A stretch of DNA of 23,499 nt from Armatimonadota bacterium (GTDB taxonomy: Bacteria; Sysuimicrobiota; Sysuimicrobiia; Sysuimicrobiales; Humicultoraceae), in NCBI GenBank assembly GCA_037446215.1, contig JBBIJB010000034.1:1-23499 (forward strand). Direction: 5' to 3'. The position numbers and the translations under genes were made by a program. Below the pieces are notes generated by a model. The model had not been told where the DNA came from. It searched no databases and saw only the letters and a program-made list of their open reading frames with translations. Positions 15,789-23,499 of this stretch are shown here, piece after piece (positions within the stretch are counted from its first letter, which is position 1; each line of letters starts with the position of its first letter).

Positions 15789-17187
15789 CCGAGCAGGCTC
15801 ATCCATAGGTACCGCACGCGAAGCCGCCTTCGCCGCTCTCCTCAGGGCGGAGGCGGCCGGCGCATTTGTCTCTGCCCTGCTGCACCGTACGCTGGAGCGA
15901 TCCCGCCTCTCCGCCCGGGACAGGGCGCTGGTCGTGGCAATCACGATGGGCGTGCTTCGCCACAGGGGCCGCCTCGACTACACCATCGCCTCGTTCCTCC
16001 GACGGCCTTTGGACTCCCTGCCGTTGGCTATCCTCACGACCCTGAGGATGGGCTGCTACCAACTCCTCGATATGGACCGCATCCCGGACGCGGCGGCGGT
16101 CTTTGCGTCGGTGGAGCTGGCACGGCGCCATGGCCACCGCGGGACCGCGCGGCTCGTGAACGCGTTGCTCCGGCGCCTCGCCTCCGAGGGACCTCCGCCT
16201 CCTCCCGATCCTGCTCAGGATCCCATCGCGAACCTGACCGTCGTGGGATCACACCCGAGGTGGCTCGTCGAGCGCTGGGTCGCGCGCTACGGGCTCCCCC
16301 AGACCCTCGCGCTCGTCTCGGCGAACAACGAGCCCCCACCCTCGACGCTCCGTGTCAACGCCCTGCTCGCCGCGCGCGACTCGGTGCTGGCGGAGCTCGC
16401 CGCCTCGGGCGTACCGGCGCACGAGGGCAGGCTCCCGTGCTCCATAGCCGCTGAGGGGTCGCTGGTCGGCCGCCTGCCTCTCGTCGAGCAGGGGCTGATG
16501 GTGCCCCAGGATGAAGGCTCTATGTTGGTCTCCCTGGCGCTGGCCCCGGACCCCGGCGCGGTGGTCATAGACGCCTGCGCGGCGCCTGGAGGCAAGGCGA
16601 CCCATCTCGCCGCGCTGGTTGGGAGCGCCGGCCGGGTGATAGCCTGCGACATACACGAGCGGAAGCTGCAGGCCCTCGCGCGGCGGGCCGCCGCGATGGG
16701 CGCGGTTCGCCTCGAGGCCCACCATGCCGACGCCCGCCGTCTCGGCGGCCTCTTTCCCGGCGTAGCCGACGCCGTCCTGGTGGACGCGCCCTGCTCGGGC
16801 CTCGGCGTCTTGCGCAGGCGTCCCGAGAGGAAGTGGCGCGCCAGGCAGGAGGAGCTCGTTGGGCATGCGACGCGGCAGCGGGAGATCCTGGAGGGCAGCG
16901 CGGGCGCCGTCCGCCCTGGCGGAGTCCTGGTCTACAGCGTGTGCAGCCTCGAGCCCGAGGAGGGGCCGGAGGTCGTGCGCTCCTTTCTCGACGGGAACCC
17001 CATGTTCGAGGCCTGCGACATGCCCCAGGCGGTGCGCCGGTTCGCGGCTGAGTCGGCGGTGCCGCGTCCACAGGCAACCGCGGAGGACCCCGGCGGCGCC
17101 GGCGAGCTCTGGCTCTTTCCTCACATCCACCAGACGGATGGTTTCTACGTGGCGCGGCTGCGTCGCCGAGGCGGGCCACGGCCGTGA
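15778..17187 (+). CDS. rsmB: 16S rRNA m5C967 methyltransferase RsmB/Sun
   Basis: NusB-like N-terminus (LVNALLR), SHPRWL, LRVN, QDEGS, DACAAPGGKA, DAPCSGLG, YSVCS (both catalytic Cys), DGFYVA. Confidence 0.95.
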   Translation: MRTDRAGSSIGTAREAAFAALLRAEAAGAFVSALLHRTLERSRLSARDRALVVAITMGVLRHRGRLDYTIASFLRRPLDSLPLAILTTLRMGCYQLLDMDRIPDAAAVFASVELARRHGHRGTARLVNALLRRLASEGPPPPPDPAQDPIANLTVVGSHPRWLVERWVARYGLPQTLALVSANNEPPPSTLRVNALLAARDSVLAELAASGVPAHEGRLPCSIAAEGSLVGRLPLVEQGLMVPQDEGSMLVSLALAPDPGAVVIDACAAPGGKATHLAALVGSAGRVIACDIHERKLQALARRAAAMGAVRLEAHHADARRLGGLFPGVADAVLVDAPCSGLGVLRRRPERKWRARQEELVGHATRQREILEGSAGAVRPGGVLVYSVCSLEPEEGPEVVRSFLDGNPMFEACDMPQAVRRFAAESAVPRPQATAEDPGGAGELWLFPHIHQTDGFYVARLRRRGGPRP

Positions 17188-18224
17188 GGGAGCTGGTTGG
17201 AATGACGCTCGAGGAGCTCGAGGAGCTGGCGGTGGAGCTGGGCCTGCCCGCCTACAGGGGGCGACAGATCGCCAGGTGGCTCTACCCTCTGCGGGCCACG
17301 GAGTTCGTCGAGATGACAGATCTGCCCGGCGACCTACGCAGCCGGCTCCGAGATGCGGCAACGATCACACGGTTGCGGACCGTGGCGCGCACCGACGCCC
17401 CGGACGGGCTTACCTCTAAGTACCTGTTGGGCCTGCACGACGGCCACACGGTCGAGACGGTCGTGATGCGGTACGAGGACGGGAGGCGGACCGCCTGCAT
17501 CTCCACCCAGGTGGGTTGCGCCATGGGCTGTCGCTTCTGCGCCACGGGGCTCGCCGGGCTCTCTCGCAACCTGACCGCCGGCGAGATCGTTGACCAGGTG
17601 CTCGCTGTCAGAGAGGAGACCGGCGAGCGCATCACGCATGTTGTATTCATGGGCATGGGCGAGCCGCTGGCCAACTACGACGCCACGCTTCGGGCGGTCA
17701 GGCTGTTGAACGCCTCCTACGGCGCGGGAATAGGTATGAGGCAGATGACCATCTCCACCGTCGGGCTCGTGCCGCAGATCCGCAGGCTCGCGGGCGAGCG
17801 CCTTCAGCTGACCCTCGCGCTCTCGCTGCACGCGGCGACCGACGGGGTGCGCGAGAAGCTGGTACCGGCCGGATCGCGCTGGCCGCTCTCCGAGGTGATC
17901 GCTGCTGCCCGGGAGTATGCCAGCGTGACGGGTCGGCGGGTGACCTACGAGTACGTGCTCATCCGTGGGGTCAACGACGGCGAGGAGCAGATTCGTGGTC
18001 TGACCCGACTCCTTGCGGGCGCCCGGGCCCACGTCAACGTCATTCCCTACAACCCGGTTCCGGGGCTGACCTACGTCCGACCGCCCCATCAGGAGCTGCA
18101 CGGGTTCGCGGGGCGGCTGAGGGGTGCCGGGATCGGGGCAACGGTCAGGGTGGAGCGCGGGCTCGAGATAGACGCGGCGTGCGGGCAGCTGCGCCGCACG
18201 CGGCGGGCAGGAGAGGGCGCATGA
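17184..18224 (+). CDS. rlmN: 23S rRNA m2A2503 / tRNA radical SAM methyltransferase
   Basis: CISTQVGCAMGCRFC, VFMGMGEP, ISTVG, LALSLHA, TYEY, IDAACGQL. Confidence 0.95.
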   Translation: MRELVGMTLEELEELAVELGLPAYRGRQIARWLYPLRATEFVEMTDLPGDLRSRLRDAATITRLRTVARTDAPDGLTSKYLLGLHDGHTVETVVMRYEDGRRTACISTQVGCAMGCRFCATGLAGLSRNLTAGEIVDQVLAVREETGERITHVVFMGMGEPLANYDATLRAVRLLNASYGAGIGMRQMTISTVGLVPQIRRLAGERLQLTLALSLHAATDGVREKLVPAGSRWPLSEVIAAAREYASVTGRRVTYEYVLIRGVNDGEEQIRGLTRLLAGARAHVNVIPYNPVPGLTYVRPPHQELHGFAGRLRGAGIGATVRVERGLEIDAACGQLRRTRRAGEGA

Positions 18225-20221
18225 GGGTCTCCACTGGCGCCGTCATCGCGGGCCGGTACGAGGTGCTGGAGCGCGTCGCCGAGGGGGGCATGTCCACGGT
18301 CTACCGGGCACGCCGAAGCGAGGACGGCGCGGTCGTGGCGCTCAAGCTCCTTCGCGAGCAGTACGCAGAGGACCGCGAGTTCGTGGAGCGGTTCGCCCGG
18401 GAGGCACGCTCCGCAGAGGCGCTGTCGCATCCGAACGTCGTAAGGGTCTTCGAGAGCGGCCGCGACGGCGATGTCTACTACATAGCGATGGAGTACGTGG
18501 ACGGGCCGGATCTGAGGGCCTACCTCAAGCGGTTCGGCCGCCTGGACCCCGCGGACGCTTTGCGAATAGCGGTCTCCGTCTGCGAGGCCCTCGAATACGC
18601 CCACCGCCAGGGAATAGTCCACAGGGACGTCAAGCCGCAGAACATCCTCCTTGCGCCGGATGGGACAGTGAAGGTCGCCGACTTCGGCATAGCCCGCGCC
18701 CTGGCCGCGGTCACCATCACCGAGCCTGGCGTGGTGATGGGCACAGTCCAGTACATGTCGCCTGAGCAGGCCCGGGGCGCCGGAGTGGGGCGGGCCTCGG
18801 ACATCTATGCGCTCGGCGTCGTGCTCTACGAGATGCTGACCGGGAGACTGCCGTTCGAGGGCGAGAGTCACATCTCGATCGCGCTCCAACACCTGCACGG
18901 GGTCGTGCCTCCGCCGCGCTCGGTTCAACCCGACGTACCGGTGCGCCTGGAAGGCATCGTGATGAAGGCGATGGCGAAGCGCGCGGAGGCGCGCTATCAG
19001 TCGTCGCGCGAGATGTCCGACGACCTGGCCGGCAGGAGCGACCTGTGGAAGTCGTCCGCACCCGAGGAGGAGGGGTCGACCCGAAGGTTCGAGCTCGGCG
19101 AGGCAGAGCCGCCGCCGCGCCGCCGCAGCGCGATCCTGCTTCCCCTGGGCGCGGCGCTGGCGTTTGCCCTGGGGATCGGGATCTGGATCGCATGGCAGGC
19201 TGTGGGCGGCTACCTCAACGTACCCGAGGTCGAGATGCCCGATCTGGTGGGACGGACGCTCCCCCAGGCCGAGTTGATAGCCAGGCAAGCAGGGTTGGCC
19301 GTCGAGGTGACCGAGCGAGCCTACGATCCGAACGCGCCGGCGGATACGGTGATCGCCCAGGACCAGCCCGCCGGCAGGAGGCTCAAGCGCGGCCGGGTGG
19401 TGGGTATAACCGTGAGCATGGGCTCGAAGCTGGTGGACGTGCCCGACGTCACCCGCCGCCCGCTCCAGGAGGCGCAGCTGATGCTGGAGGAGGCAGGCCT
19501 GAGGGCGGGAGTCCTGCAGGAGGGCCACGACGACCTAGTGAAGCCGGGCTCGGTGATCCGCCAGGAGCCGCCGGCAGGATCGCGAGTGCCGGCCGACTCG
19601 CAGGTCTCTCTTCTCATCAGCCGCGGTCCAAACGTGGTCGAGATGCCCGGCCTCGTAGGCCTGACCCTTGCCGAGGCCAGGCAGAGGCTCGAGGAGCTCG
19701 GGATGGTGATCACGCACATCCGCACGGTGGCCACCTCGGAGTTCCCTCCCGGCGTGGTGGTAGAGCAGGCTCCCGCGCCCGCCACGAGGATGCGGCCCGG
19801 GTCGTCACCCGTGACAGTGACTATCAGCGCGAGACCGGGCGAGGAGGGCGCGCCACCGCGCGCGCCGATAGTGACCGCGGAGCCCCAGCGGGTCGAGACG
19901 CCGAGGCCTCGGCCCTCGCCTCCGCCCGTGCCGCGCGTATCGCCCACCCCGCCGGCAGCGGGGGCGCGGCCTCAGCCCACCGTCACCCCGGCGCAGCCCG
20001 AGGCCGCCGGGACCGCCAAGAGGACTCGGATCCAGGTGGTGGTGCCGGAGGGCGGGCCGCAGGAGGTCAAGATCGTCGTGATTGACGAAACAGGGGTGCG
20101 CACGGCCTACCAGGCCACCCACTCACCGGGGGATCGGATCGACCAGATCGTGCGCAGCCAGGGATACACGATAGTGCAGGTCTATGTGGACCGCCGGCTG
20201 GTCCAGGAGGTGCGCCCGTGA
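18221..20221 (+). CDS. prkC: PASTA-domain Ser/Thr protein kinase (PrkC/PknB/Stk1)
   Basis: GGMSTVY, VALK, RFAREA, HRDVKPQN, DFGIARA, GTVQYMSPEQA, SDIYALG; one TM helix; three PASTA repeats (MPDLVG, VPDVT, MPGLVG); Pro-rich linker; small C-terminal beta-rich domain. ATG 18221 is in an ATGA overlap with rlmN. Confidence 0.94.
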   Translation: MRVSTGAVIAGRYEVLERVAEGGMSTVYRARRSEDGAVVALKLLREQYAEDREFVERFAREARSAEALSHPNVVRVFESGRDGDVYYIAMEYVDGPDLRAYLKRFGRLDPADALRIAVSVCEALEYAHRQGIVHRDVKPQNILLAPDGTVKVADFGIARALAAVTITEPGVVMGTVQYMSPEQARGAGVGRASDIYALGVVLYEMLTGRLPFEGESHISIALQHLHGVVPPPRSVQPDVPVRLEGIVMKAMAKRAEARYQSSREMSDDLAGRSDLWKSSAPEEEGSTRRFELGEAEPPPRRRSAILLPLGAALAFALGIGIWIAWQAVGGYLNVPEVEMPDLVGRTLPQAELIARQAGLAVEVTERAYDPNAPADTVIAQDQPAGRRLKRGRVVGITVSMGSKLVDVPDVTRRPLQEAQLMLEEAGLRAGVLQEGHDDLVKPGSVIRQEPPAGSRVPADSQVSLLISRGPNVVEMPGLVGLTLAEARQRLEELGMVITHIRTVATSEFPPGVVVEQAPAPATRMRPGSSPVTVTISARPGEEGAPPRAPIVTAEPQRVETPRPRPSPPPVPRVSPTPPAAGARPQPTVTPAQPEAAGTAKRTRIQVVVPEGGPQEVKIVVIDETGVRTAYQATHSPGDRIDQIVRSQGYTIVQVYVDRRLVQEVRP

Positions 20222-20901
20222 CAGTCCCGACCGCGCCAGGGCTCGGCGGCGTGCAGATATCGGCCAGCATACTGAGCGCCGACTTCGCCAACCTGGGTGA
20301 GGCTGTCCGTGCCGCCGAGCGGGGCGGGGCCGACATGATCCAGGTGGACGTCATGGACGGCCGCTTCGTGCCGCCGATCACGATGGGATCGGTCGTTGTC
20401 GAGGCCCTGCGCCGCGAGACCGGCCTCCCGCTCGACCTGCACCTGATGGTTGTGGAGCCGGAGAGGCACCTGGCGGAGTTCGCGCGCGCCGGGGCCGCCA
20501 ACTTGGCCGTGCACATCGAGGCAACCGCCCATCCACACCGAGACCTGGCGCAGATCCGCGCTCTCGGCATGCGCGCGGGGCTGGCGCTCAACCCTGGGAC
20601 GCCGCCGGAATCCTGCTCGGAGCTGCTGGACCTCCTGGACTTCGTCCTCGTGATGAGCGTGAACCCCGGGTACTCGGGCCAGGAGTTCATTCCCGCCTCG
20701 CTGGGGAAGGTCCGGCGCCTGCGGCGGATGCTGGAAGGCCGCCCGGTTCAGATCGGCCTGGACGGCGGGGTGTCGGCGGACAACGCGGCCGCCGCCGTGG
20801 AGGCCGGTGCGGACGTGCTCGTGGCCGCCTCCGCGATCTTTGGCGCCCCCGATGGGGTCGAGGCCGCGATCGCGCGCATCCGCGCCGCGGCGGGCAGATG
20901 A
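20218..20901 (+). CDS. rpe: Ribulose-phosphate 3-epimerase
   Basis: SILSADF, DVMDGRFVP, DLHLM, ALNPGTP, VMSVNPGYSGQ, DGGV, SAIF. Confidence 0.94.
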   Translation: MTVPTAPGLGGVQISASILSADFANLGEAVRAAERGGADMIQVDVMDGRFVPPITMGSVVVEALRRETGLPLDLHLMVVEPERHLAEFARAGAANLAVHIEATAHPHRDLAQIRALGMRAGLALNPGTPPESCSELLDLLDFVLVMSVNPGYSGQEFIPASLGKVRRLRRMLEGRPVQIGLDGGVSADNAAAAVEAGADVLVAASAIFGAPDGVEAAIARIRAAAGR

Positions 20902-21938
20902 GCGTGCTGTACGTCTCCCATCCATCCTCCGGTTCCCACGCCACCGGACCAGGCCACCCCGAGAGGCCCGAGCGTCTCTCTGCGATTCGGGAGGCGATGG
21001 AGGCCAGCGGCCTGCCGGGCGTGGTCGACCTGCCTGACCCACCGGCCGTGGACCGGGAGTTGCTGGAGCGCGTTCACAGCCCGTCCTACGCGGCGTCGAT
21101 AGACTCGCTGGCGGCGAGCGGCGGCGGTTGGCTGGACTCGGACACCCGAGTGGCTCCCCGCTCTGCCGAGGCGGCCCGCTATGCCGCCGGCGCGGCTCAG
21201 CGTGCGGCCGAGGCGTTGTGCTCGGGCGAGGCCTCCCGGGCCTTTGTCGGCGTCCGGCCCCCGGGCCACCATGCGCTTCCGGATCGCGGGATGGGCTTCT
21301 GCCTGTTCAACAACGCCGCGGTCGCCGCGGCCGCGGCCAGGGCGGCGGGCAGGCAGCGGGTAATGATCGTTGACTGGGACGTTCACCACGGGAACGGGAC
21401 CCAGGAGGTGTTCTGGAGGGACCCCTCGGTGCTCTTCGTGTCGCTGCACCAGGAGTTCTGGTATCCTGGTACGGGCGCTCTGGAGGAGATCGGAGCGGGC
21501 GACGGCGAGGGGCTGACGGTGAACCTCCCGCTGCCCGCCGAAACCGGTGACGCCGGGTACGAGGAGGCGTTCACTGAGGTCGTGCTCCCGCTGGCCGCGG
21601 CATTCAAGCCGGAGTTCCTGATCGTCTCGGCTGGGTACGATGCGCACTTCGCCGATCCCCTCGGAGCGATGGTCCTGACCGCCCGCGGCTTCGGTCGCAT
21701 GGCCGGGCTTCTCGACGAGGCGGCCAGGGCGCTGGACGCGCCGATGATGGCCGTCCTCGAGGGCGGGTACGATCTGGCCGCGCTCGGCGCATCGGCAGTG
21801 GCGACGGTAGAGCCGATGGTGGGGCGGGTTGCCTGGCGCGGCGACGAGGAGGCCTCCCCGCCCGAGGCCGCGCGAGCCCTGGTGGCGCCGCGCCTGCGCG
21901 CGGCGAGACGGCGGCTGCACGACCATTGGAGGATCTAG
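20898..21938 (+). CDS. Zn-dependent histone deacetylase family protein (AcuC/APAH-like)
   Basis: HPERPERL, RPPGHHA, GFCLFNN, DWDVHHGNGTQ, YPGTG, SAGYDAH..DPL and LEGGY; catalytic and Zn-ligand motifs look intact. Confidence 0.93.
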   Translation: MSVLYVSHPSSGSHATGPGHPERPERLSAIREAMEASGLPGVVDLPDPPAVDRELLERVHSPSYAASIDSLAASGGGWLDSDTRVAPRSAEAARYAAGAAQRAAEALCSGEASRAFVGVRPPGHHALPDRGMGFCLFNNAAVAAAAARAAGRQRVMIVDWDVHHGNGTQEVFWRDPSVLFVSLHQEFWYPGTGALEEIGAGDGEGLTVNLPLPAETGDAGYEEAFTEVVLPLAAAFKPEFLIVSAGYDAHFADPLGAMVLTARGFGRMAGLLDEAARALDAPMMAVLEGGYDLAALGASAVATVEPMVGRVAWRGDEEASPPEAARALVAPRLRAARRRLHDHWRI

Positions 21939-21944
21939 CAAGCG

Positions 21945-21972
21945 GGAGGAAAGCGGTTTGCGGCGGCGAACC
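21945..21972 (+). promoter_or_regulatory. Putative alternative-sigma (sigma-H-like) promoter for rpsA
   Basis: GGAGGAAAG...GGCGAACC, with 17 nt between AGGA and GAA; weaker match than the other two copies. Confidence 0.35.
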
Positions 21973-22037
21973 TAGTTGGGTACGTCCGGCGCCAAGAGGC
22001 GCCGGACCGAAGTGTGAGTGAAGGGGAGAAAAGGCGC

Positions 22038-23366
22038 ATGGCTGAAGATATACAGATGACTGACGACCAGGCATCCGGGGGAGACGCGTTGGATCTGTCC
22101 GAGGCGATCCCCAGGCTTCGGGAGAGGCAGATCGTGAAGGGCACGGTGGTTAGGGTCGATACCGAAGGGGTCCTGGTCGATGTCGGCGCCAAGTCAGAAG
22201 GGCTCATACCGGTCAAGGAGTTGACCCATCGGGGCTCGGAGCCCGAGCCCGTGGCGGTGGGAGACAGAATCAACGTCATGGTGATGCGCGTGGAAGGCGA
22301 AGAGGGCAGTATCATCTTGAGCAAGAAGCGGGCCGACTTCGTGGAGGCCTGGGAGCGCCTGATAGAGGTCCATCAGGCGGGAACGATCCTGCACGCGATG
22401 GTCGTGGACAAGGTCAAGGGCGGACTGGTCGTTGACCTAGGGGTCCGGGGATTCGTGCCGGGGTCGCACGTGGACCTCTCGCAGGCCAAGGGCCGGCGGT
22501 TCGAGTGGTTCGTCGGGCAGTCCGTGCCCCTGAAGATCATCGAGGTCGACCGGGGCAAGGGCCGTGTCATCCTCTCGCACAGGCTCGCGGTGGAGGAAGA
22601 CCGCCGCGCCAAGCGTGAGGAGGCGATTCAGACCCTCGAGGAGGGGGCGGTTCTTGAGGGAACCGTCAAGAGGATCACCGACTTCGGCGCCTTCGTGGAT
22701 ATTGGCGGAGTCGACGGCCTGCTCCCGATCAGCGAGATGGCGTGGACCTACATCCGGCATCCCTCCGAGGTGGTCCGGCGCAACCAGCAGCTTCGGGTCC
22801 AGGTCCTTCGCGTGGACCGGGACAGCGGCAAGATTTCGCTCGGGCTCAAGCAGATTCTCGCCGACCCGTGGTCGGAGGTCACCGAGCGGCACCGGGTCGG
22901 AGACGTCGTGAAGGGCAAGGTGGTGCGCATCGTTCCGTCCGGGGCGTTCGTGAGGCTCCGCGACCTGGACGCCTTCCTTCCGATCTCGGAGCTGGCCGAG
23001 AAGAGGGTCGGCAAGGTGGAGGACGTCATCGAGCTCAACCAGACCGTCGACGCGATGGTAACGGAGATCAGGCCCGAAGAGAGAAGGATGCTGCTCAGCC
23101 TCCGGCGCGTCGCGAGGGAGGCCGAGCGCAAGCGCGTCAAGGAGTTCATGAAGGTGCAGGAGGACGACGGCAGGGTGACGATAGGCGATGCCGTCGGGGC
23201 CCTCCTCAGGCAGGCGATGGAGCCGCGCGAGGCCGGCCCCGATCAGGGACCGGAGGAGGCTCCCGGCGACGCCGGGGGCGCGGACGCTCCCGCAGAGGAA
23301 GGGGAAGCGGGGGCGGCGGATGCGGAGGAGCCGGCGGGCTCCGAGGAGTTGGAACGCTCCGAGTAG
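22038..23366 (+). CDS. rpsA: 30S ribosomal protein S1 (four S1 domains, acidic C-terminal tail)
   Basis: Four S1 repeats (VDVGAKSEGLIP; VKGGLVVDLGVRGFVPGS; DFGAFVDIGGVDGLLPISE; SGAFVRL..LDAFLPISE) and a TIGD C-terminal motif. ATG 22038 has SD GGGGAG (alternative GTG 22014). Confidence 0.93.
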   Translation: MAEDIQMTDDQASGGDALDLSEAIPRLRERQIVKGTVVRVDTEGVLVDVGAKSEGLIPVKELTHRGSEPEPVAVGDRINVMVMRVEGEEGSIILSKKRADFVEAWERLIEVHQAGTILHAMVVDKVKGGLVVDLGVRGFVPGSHVDLSQAKGRRFEWFVGQSVPLKIIEVDRGKGRVILSHRLAVEEDRRAKREEAIQTLEEGAVLEGTVKRITDFGAFVDIGGVDGLLPISEMAWTYIRHPSEVVRRNQQLRVQVLRVDRDSGKISLGLKQILADPWSEVTERHRVGDVVKGKVVRIVPSGAFVRLRDLDAFLPISELAEKRVGKVEDVIELNQTVDAMVTEIRPEERRMLLSLRRVAREAERKRVKEFMKVQEDDGRVTIGDAVGALLRQAMEPREAGPDQGPEEAPGDAGGADAPAEEGEAGAADAEEPAGSEELERSE

Positions 23367-23383
23367 CGGACGGGGGACTCGGC

Positions 23384-23412
23384 TTGCCGGTGTCCGTCTC
23401 CGTCGGTACAAT
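23384..23412 (+). promoter_or_regulatory. Sigma-70/A promoter of the tRNA gene
   Basis: TTGCCG (23384-23389), 17-nt spacer, TACAAT (23407-23412), then a GC-rich discriminator-like stretch 11 nt before the tRNA. Confidence 0.75.
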
Positions 23413-23423
23413 AGGGGCGGCGC

Positions 23424-23499
23424 CGGGGAGTGGCGCAGCTTGGTTTAGCGCGCAGCGTTCGGGACGCTGAGGCCGGGGGTTCAAATCCCCCCTCCCCGA
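23424..23499 (+). tRNA. tRNA-Pro (anticodon CGG)
   Basis: Cloverleaf: acceptor CGGGGAG/CTCCCCG; D stem GCGC/GCGC; anticodon stem CAGCG/CGCTG with loop TT-CGG-GA (anticodon 23460-23462); T arm GGGGG-TTCAAAT-CCCCC; discriminator A at 23499. CCA, if encoded, lies outside the window. Confidence 0.96.

Noticed and set aside
23367..23406. GC-rich imperfect hairpin after rpsA as a terminator or sRNA
   Set aside because: Imperfect pairing, no U-tract, and it overlaps the well-formed tRNA promoter.
10558..23411. Long antisense or alternate-frame ORFs (e.g. 10558-11985, 16249-17361, 18089-19528, 20748-21941, 22437-23411)
   Set aside because: They overlap well-supported genes, have low-information R/A/P/G-rich or antisense-type composition, and are expected from stop-codon scarcity in high-GC DNA.
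1..23499. CRISPR arrays, IS elements, prophage, toxin-antitoxin, retron or other defence genes
   Set aside because: No regularly spaced direct repeats, and no transposase, integrase, reverse transcriptase or defence-type nuclease motifs seen. Nearly all sequence is accounted for by core genes with short gaps.

Overview
High-GC bacterial housekeeping region with no mobile element, CRISPR array or defence system that I can support. Gene order closely follows the Bacillus subtilis ileS-to-rpe segment, with deletions and substitutions. Order: partial GT4 glycolipid glycosyltransferase (-); Ile T-box leader; ileS (type 2); DksA/TraR (YlyA-like); lspA; lgt-like; rluD; pyrR; rqcH/fbpA (-); yicC/yloC; remA; archaeal-type cytidylate kinase; priA; def; fmt; YugP-like Zn peptidase; rsmB; rlmN; PASTA kinase prkC; rpe; histone-deacetylase-family protein; rpsA; and tRNA-Pro(CGG), which ends at the window edge. 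The organism is probably a high-GC Terrabacteria lineage (inference; phylum not assignable from this window). The interest lies in departures from canonical forms: an IleRS with a swapped GVHH signature; an Lgt missing most signature residues; a PriA lacking ATPase motifs; an archaeal-type CMP kinase in the gmk position; a probable CTG start for rluD; a histone-H1-like tail on DksA; and a repeated sigma-H-like promoter motif before three transcription units. I found no clearly new multi-gene system. All assignments come from motif recognition by eye, with no database searches.
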